Assembly: GCA_963664815.2 (NCBI GenBank)
Contig: CAXXHB010000003.1
Span: 704,001-768,000, forward strand
From: Spirochaetota bacterium
GTDB lineage: Bacteria > Spirochaetota > UBA4802 > UBA5550
Direction: 5' to 3'
Length of the DNA stretch: 64,000 bases
The notes beneath the pieces were generated by a model. That model saw only the letters and a program-made list of their open reading frames with translations. It was not told where the DNA came from and made no database searches. Each line of letters begins with the position of its first letter. Within the stretch, counting starts at the first letter, position 1. Both the position numbers and the translations under genes were made by a program. Positions 59,447-64,000 of the stretch are shown piece by piece.

Positions 59447-61363
59447 ATGGGAAAAAAAACAAGCCTTTCGACAAAGATAATAATCAGACTTTCAATGATT
59501 ATCTCTGTGTTTATTGCTGTTGCTGTTGTCCTGTCAATTATAGGCCTCAGGTACTACTATCTTAATAATTTTTACTATGACAAGGCTGAAGACTTTGCCG
59601 GTGCTGCCCGCAGTCAGGTAATTTCAATTTTTAATGCTGAAATAGATTCGGGAAGACATACTCTTGATGAGTTGATGAGTGATCAGTACAGGGAATTATC
59701 TGTTGAAGAGTGTCTTGATTTTTGGAGTGACCCGGCTGACAGGGGAAAATTCACTGAAGAATACCTGAACAGAATTTTCAAAAATATAGACAGCAGCAAT
59801 CCGGCAAAAGTTGAGGATTATAGAAGATTTATGACAACCTACAGCCAGGACCTGACGCTGGTAAAAGCAGTGAGAAACATAATGGATGGTTTTCTGACGA
59901 TAAAACCTAAAGGGCTTCTCTTTGTCGGGGTCATAGACAGAAATGGATTTGCCGCTTTCCATCACTCAGAAAACAGTATGAAAATAACCGGTGACTTTAA
60001 AAAAGATGTAATACTGTCCCGGACAAACCGTAAATGGGATTATCTTGGAAGGAGTATTGATCAAAAGGGAATGAAAAAAACTGTTTACAGAAGAGACACC
60101 GGCACTGAGGCGATTATGATATCCGAGCCGATCTATATAAGCGGAAGATACTGGGGTGGGGTACTTGTAGCATATGATATTAAAGATATTAATAGAAAGA
60201 TATACACTGCAACATCAATTGTGACGGGGATAATCCTTTTCGGCGCGTTTGTAATGTTTTTCTCCCTTTTCCTGATGATAAGAAGCAAATTAAAACCTGT
60301 AGTGAAAATCTCCGGAATATTAAAAAAAGTGGCAGAGGGTGATTTCACAATGACTATTGATTACATGTCAAATGATGAAATAGGGGAGATAGCAGAGAGC
60401 TCAAACATGATGATCAGACAGTCGGCTAAAACAATTGATTACCTGAAAACAGCCGCCGCATCCCTTGCGGCGTCAAGCGAGGAGCTGACCGCCACATCGG
60501 TCAATCTCGGCAGCAGCAGCAGCAACCAGGTGCATTCGGTGCGTGACATCTCAACCGAGCTTAACCTGGTACTTGATTCGATCGGAGAGACAACGGAATA
60601 CATCGGAGAGCAGGTTAACGATATTTCAAAAGCGGTTGATTCTATCAGCAGCCTTGAGGATATGTCCAACAGAATTGTATCTAATATGAACAGCGTAAAG
60701 AGGCAGAGTGATGATTCAAATAAAATTGCAGGTTCCGGAGAACAGATGAGTGCATCAGCCATGGAGGCGATTGAAAAGATTGTTGAATCAACAAAAAAAA
60801 TCGCAGATATGGTAAATATCATCAACGACATTTCTGACCAGATAAATCTGCTTTCGCTTAATGCGAGCATAGAAGCAGCGCGCGCGGGTGAGGCCGGGAG
60901 GGGATTTGCTGTGGTTGCAGAGGAGATAGGTAAACTGGCAGACAACACATCAAACCAGGTTAAACAGATACATGCCCTCTCTGCGGAGATAACCAATAAC
61001 GTCCATGCGGGGAACGAAATGGTGGTTAACATAAGAAAATCTATCGTCATGATAATGGGAAAAATATCGGAAAACTCCAGAGCCATAGAGGAAATTACGG
61101 AACTAAGTGAACAGCAGGCGCATAACCATACAGTAATAAAAGAGACAATGATCAGTCTGGAGGAAAAATCGCACAATATCATAGAAGTGGCTAATTTTCA
61201 GAAATCCAACAGCGAATCGATGAAAGAGGCTATAACGAGGGTAATGAACTTCGCTTCAGAGGCCGCATCGGGAGCAGAGGAGATAGCTGCGTCATCAGAA
61301 GAGCTGTCATCAAGAGCTGAGGATCTGAGCAATATGGTCGAGGGATTTAAAACCCGGCAGTAA
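59447..61363 (+). CDS. Methyl-accepting chemotaxis protein
   Basis: Two TMs, [38 protein letters not shown]. Confidence 0.95.
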   Translation: MGKKTSLSTKIIIRLSMIISVFIAVAVVLSIIGLRYYYLNNFYYDKAEDFAGAARSQVISIFNAEIDSGRHTLDELMSDQYRELSVEECLDFWSDPADRGKFTEEYLNRIFKNIDSSNPAKVEDYRRFMTTYSQDLTLVKAVRNIMDGFLTIKPKGLLFVGVIDRNGFAAFHHSENSMKITGDFKKDVILSRTNRKWDYLGRSIDQKGMKKTVYRRDTGTEAIMISEPIYISGRYWGGVLVAYDIKDINRKIYTATSIVTGIILFGAFVMFFSLFLMIRSKLKPVVKISGILKKVAEGDFTMTIDYMSNDEIGEIAESSNMMIRQSAKTIDYLKTAAASLAASSEELTATSVNLGSSSSNQVHSVRDISTELNLVLDSIGETTEYIGEQVNDISKAVDSISSLEDMSNRIVSNMNSVKRQSDDSNKIAGSGEQMSASAMEAIEKIVESTKKIADMVNIINDISDQINLLSLNASIEAARAGEAGRGFAVVAEEIGKLADNTSNQVKQIHALSAEITNNVHAGNEMVVNIRKSIVMIMGKISENSRAIEEITELSEQQAHNHTVIKETMISLEEKSHNIIEVANFQKSNSESMKEAITRVMNFASEAASGAEEIAASSEELSSRAEDLSNMVEGFKTRQ

Positions 61364-61477
61364 GATGTTACTCCGGTTATAAAAAAATGCGGCCAGGCAG
61401 CCGGCACAGTATGCTGTAAAGAGCTGCGCTTCCGGGTAAAAGTTACCGTTGGTGTAATTGACCTGTGAGATCCCCGG

Positions 61478-61795
61478 TCAGAATATCACCATATAAACTG
61501 CAGCAGACAGCATGACGCACAGCGGAATAAAAATAATGATCAGAAAACCGAAGACCCTTCCTGATACAAATCTCTTTGTGCCGTCTTTTTCTTTATGCAC
61601 ATAGACCCGGCCGCGCCTGTAATAGCCTGAGCCTGATATATAATCTTCCTCTCCACAGGAGAGTGAGCCCTTGCTGTATATGTGTAAAAGTTCAAGAATT
61701 GCTATGCTAATGCCTGGCAAAGAGGGCATAATAATTGTCGGGATCATAATACCGGCAAAGATACCTGTGCCGAGAAAAATAAATATCATAGGCAT
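61478..61795 (-). CDS. Small hypothetical membrane protein
   Basis: Two hydrophobic segments; AAGGGGAC before ATG 61795. Confidence 0.5.
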   Translation of the reverse strand: MPMIFIFLGTGIFAGIMIPTIIMPSLPGISIAILELLHIYSKGSLSCGEEDYISGSGYYRRGRVYVHKEKDGTKRFVSGRVFGFLIIIFIPLCVMLSAAVYMVIF

Positions 61796-62115
61796 GTCCC
61801 CTTTTTTACCGGTGCTTATGTAAAACATTAAGCTATAACGGCATATAGTAAATGTCGAGTAAATTTCCAAAAATTAGTTACCGGTAGTTTCACTGCTGCC
61901 AAAAGGTTTTTTATATGCATCACCCAGTTTAATTCCGGCCCATGAACCTGTTGTTGCATCTTTAAATCTTACATGGGCTTTTGTATCAGTCTCAATCAGT
62001 GTATTATTGTAAGTTTGCAGCTATTATTGAAAAATATTTGACAATTTGAAATAACTATAAGAATATGCTTATAATTATTTAACAAATAATGACTGGAAAA
62101 TTATAAATATCTGCA

Positions 62116-62865
62116 ATGAACAATTCAATACTACGGCTGAAAAAACAGACATTTCAATATCCGGGCACTCTATTGCTAATTATAGTTATTGCTGTTATTG
62201 CGTGTTCTTCCGGTAAGTCCATGAATATCAGGAATAACTCAAAATATCTTATGCTTGAAAAAGCTTATGAAATGAAATCATTTCAGATGTATGAAAGCTT
62301 TTTCGAACAATGGCACAGAGAAAGTAATCCAATAACTGATGACGAACTGTCAAAGGAGCCGGAGTATTTAAAAGATATATATTCTGTTATGAACCTTTTC
62401 TATAATTCAAAAGATAAATTGCAGTCATTCACTACAAAAGAGATTGATCGTCATATCAGTGAAAATCAATACGTAATATTACAGAACAGGCTCAATTATT
62501 TCATTACATTAAGAAAAGGGGAGAGAATAACCGGTAAAATTGATAATTTCAGGCCGGATGTAAAATACAGGAATAAAAAATATCTTTATCTGAATAATGA
62601 GTATGAAGCTATTCTAAAAAACTATTATAAAATAAGGGGAACAGATGCATCCCGGGCAGATAGAGAATCAGTTTTTAATTATTTCATAAAGTCAGATCGG
62701 CCCTTCATTTATCCTAACATATGTGATATAAATGTATACTATAATACAAATCCGGAAAAAGGGTTGGCAATAGTATCATATACTTTCGGTTTTGTGTCAA
62801 ACTGGACTTCCATGTTTAAAAAGAGAGATGGAAAATGGATATTGATTGAGACACAACCTATGTAA
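62116..62865 (+). CDS. Hypothetical lipoprotein
   Basis: VIAC lipobox after a hydrophobic stretch. Confidence 0.65.
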   Translation: MNNSILRLKKQTFQYPGTLLLIIVIAVIACSSGKSMNIRNNSKYLMLEKAYEMKSFQMYESFFEQWHRESNPITDDELSKEPEYLKDIYSVMNLFYNSKDKLQSFTTKEIDRHISENQYVILQNRLNYFITLRKGERITGKIDNFRPDVKYRNKKYLYLNNEYEAILKNYYKIRGTDASRADRESVFNYFIKSDRPFIYPNICDINVYYNTNPEKGLAIVSYTFGFVSNWTSMFKKRDGKWILIETQPM

Positions 62866-62980
62866 CTGCATGAACTAATAATAAAAAAAACACAGGGCAT
62901 TAAAACAACTGAACTTTGCTCACTATACTTAGATAAACTTACCAGTTAAAACTGTATCATTTGCATTTATGCGTAATAAC

Positions 62981-63889
62981 TTAAAATGTTTTAATTATGT
63001 TAAAGAACAATATTACTAATGAGCAGAGACCTGTTAAAACATTAAGAATTTTTCTTGGCGGACTGAGCAGCAATATTATTCTGGTCGGCAGAATCCCGGA
63101 TATTATCAATGATTCTAAAACGGCAAGTGCTGATTCATTTCTGTTCTTCATAATAAAGACGTTATCAATCAACTCATGCGCAAATGACAGCATGAATGCC
63201 ATGATGAAAGGAAAAACATAGTTTCGTGCCAATGAACTTTTAAAAAAGTCATTTAATCTGTCATTTCCTGATTTGATAAAATTCTGAGAAAAAATCAGTA
63301 TAACAATTCCAAATGCCAATGATATATACCAGCTTTTTGAATATTCATATAACAAAGCTGTTGAAAATATCGGCAATATGACAATTAGGGGAGATAAATA
63401 AGTAAATATACCGATTGATAGTTTTTTTGAATCAATTTTATCATTTTCATAGTTGCTTCCGATATGCCACCCTATAATCAATGCAATAATTCCGGAAAAT
63501 AAATTAATAAAAAAGAATGAGGTGAAAAAAAACGAGTTAAAATATTCAACCAGATAATACGGCATGGCATAAACAATAAACAATGATGTAGATAATGTGA
63601 CAATGAATGATACCGGAATTAAAATTTTATTTAATAAATCATGTTTATAAACAGAAAATCTGCTATTAATTGCAGAAAGATACATCGGTGAAAAGAAAAC
63701 AGTTAAAAATAATAAAAAGAATAAAACAGGTTTATTTATTGATTCTATAAAGATTGAATTATCAGTTTTAAAATAATTAATTAAGAAAAAAAACAAAAAG
63801 ATAGTACAGTCAAAAATCAGTTCATCAACATTAATAAATTTTTTATAATTACCCTTTTTCATCAGATAATTTCTATCAATAATTTTCAT
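62981..63889 (-). CDS. Hypothetical polytopic membrane protein
   Basis: About 8 hydrophobic segments; AGGAG upstream. Confidence 0.7.
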   Translation of the reverse strand: MKIIDRNYLMKKGNYKKFINVDELIFDCTIFLFFFLINYFKTDNSIFIESINKPVLFFLLFLTVFFSPMYLSAINSRFSVYKHDLLNKILIPVSFIVTLSTSLFIVYAMPYYLVEYFNSFFFTSFFFINLFSGIIALIIGWHIGSNYENDKIDSKKLSIGIFTYLSPLIVILPIFSTALLYEYSKSWYISLAFGIVILIFSQNFIKSGNDRLNDFFKSSLARNYVFPFIMAFMLSFAHELIDNVFIMKNRNESALAVLESLIISGILPTRIILLLSPPRKILNVLTGLCSLVILFFNIIKTF

Positions 63890-64000
63890 AATATTTCACT
63901 GGACTCCTGCATATCCATAAAATCTGATAAACAGTACCTGCAAATACCTGTTTGTCAACCGGGAATAACTTTTTTACTCTCCTTTAACTGTTATATATAA

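Noticed and set aside
60439-61182. Long antisense ORFs opposite MCP, RND and kinase genes
   Set aside because: These are typical antisense shadows of strongly conserved sense genes.

Overview
AT-rich bacterial accessory region. Lipoproteins, outer-membrane proteins, membrane-anchored AraC regulators, WG/MORN/delta-60 repeat proteins and three MCPs suggest a free-living, probably anaerobic spirochaete-like organism; this is inference, as no marker gene is present. The window has about 50 genes and gene remnants, and no rRNA, tRNA, CRISPR array, integrase or transposase was seen. The main discovery is at 42610-43374. The ORF track splits this into fragments, but they form one in-frame 254-aa MerB (organomercurial lyase)-like gene. 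Both catalytic Cys positions (MerB C96 and C159 equivalents) are UGA codons, each followed by a bacterial SECIS-like hairpin, so it is a candidate di-selenocysteine organometal lyase. It follows a MarR gene and a perfect 14-bp palindromic operator. Other notable items: two unrelated exported proteins share a C-terminal domain; a TetR-controlled BKACE/acetoacetate-CoA ligase/PanE-like operon; an ICL/PEP-mutase-family lyase plus LeuCD-like operon; a 1371-aa hybrid sensor with a duplicated unknown domain; an amino-sugar cassette between ~300-bp diverged direct repeats; several families of dispersed non-coding repeats; and multiple gene remnants.
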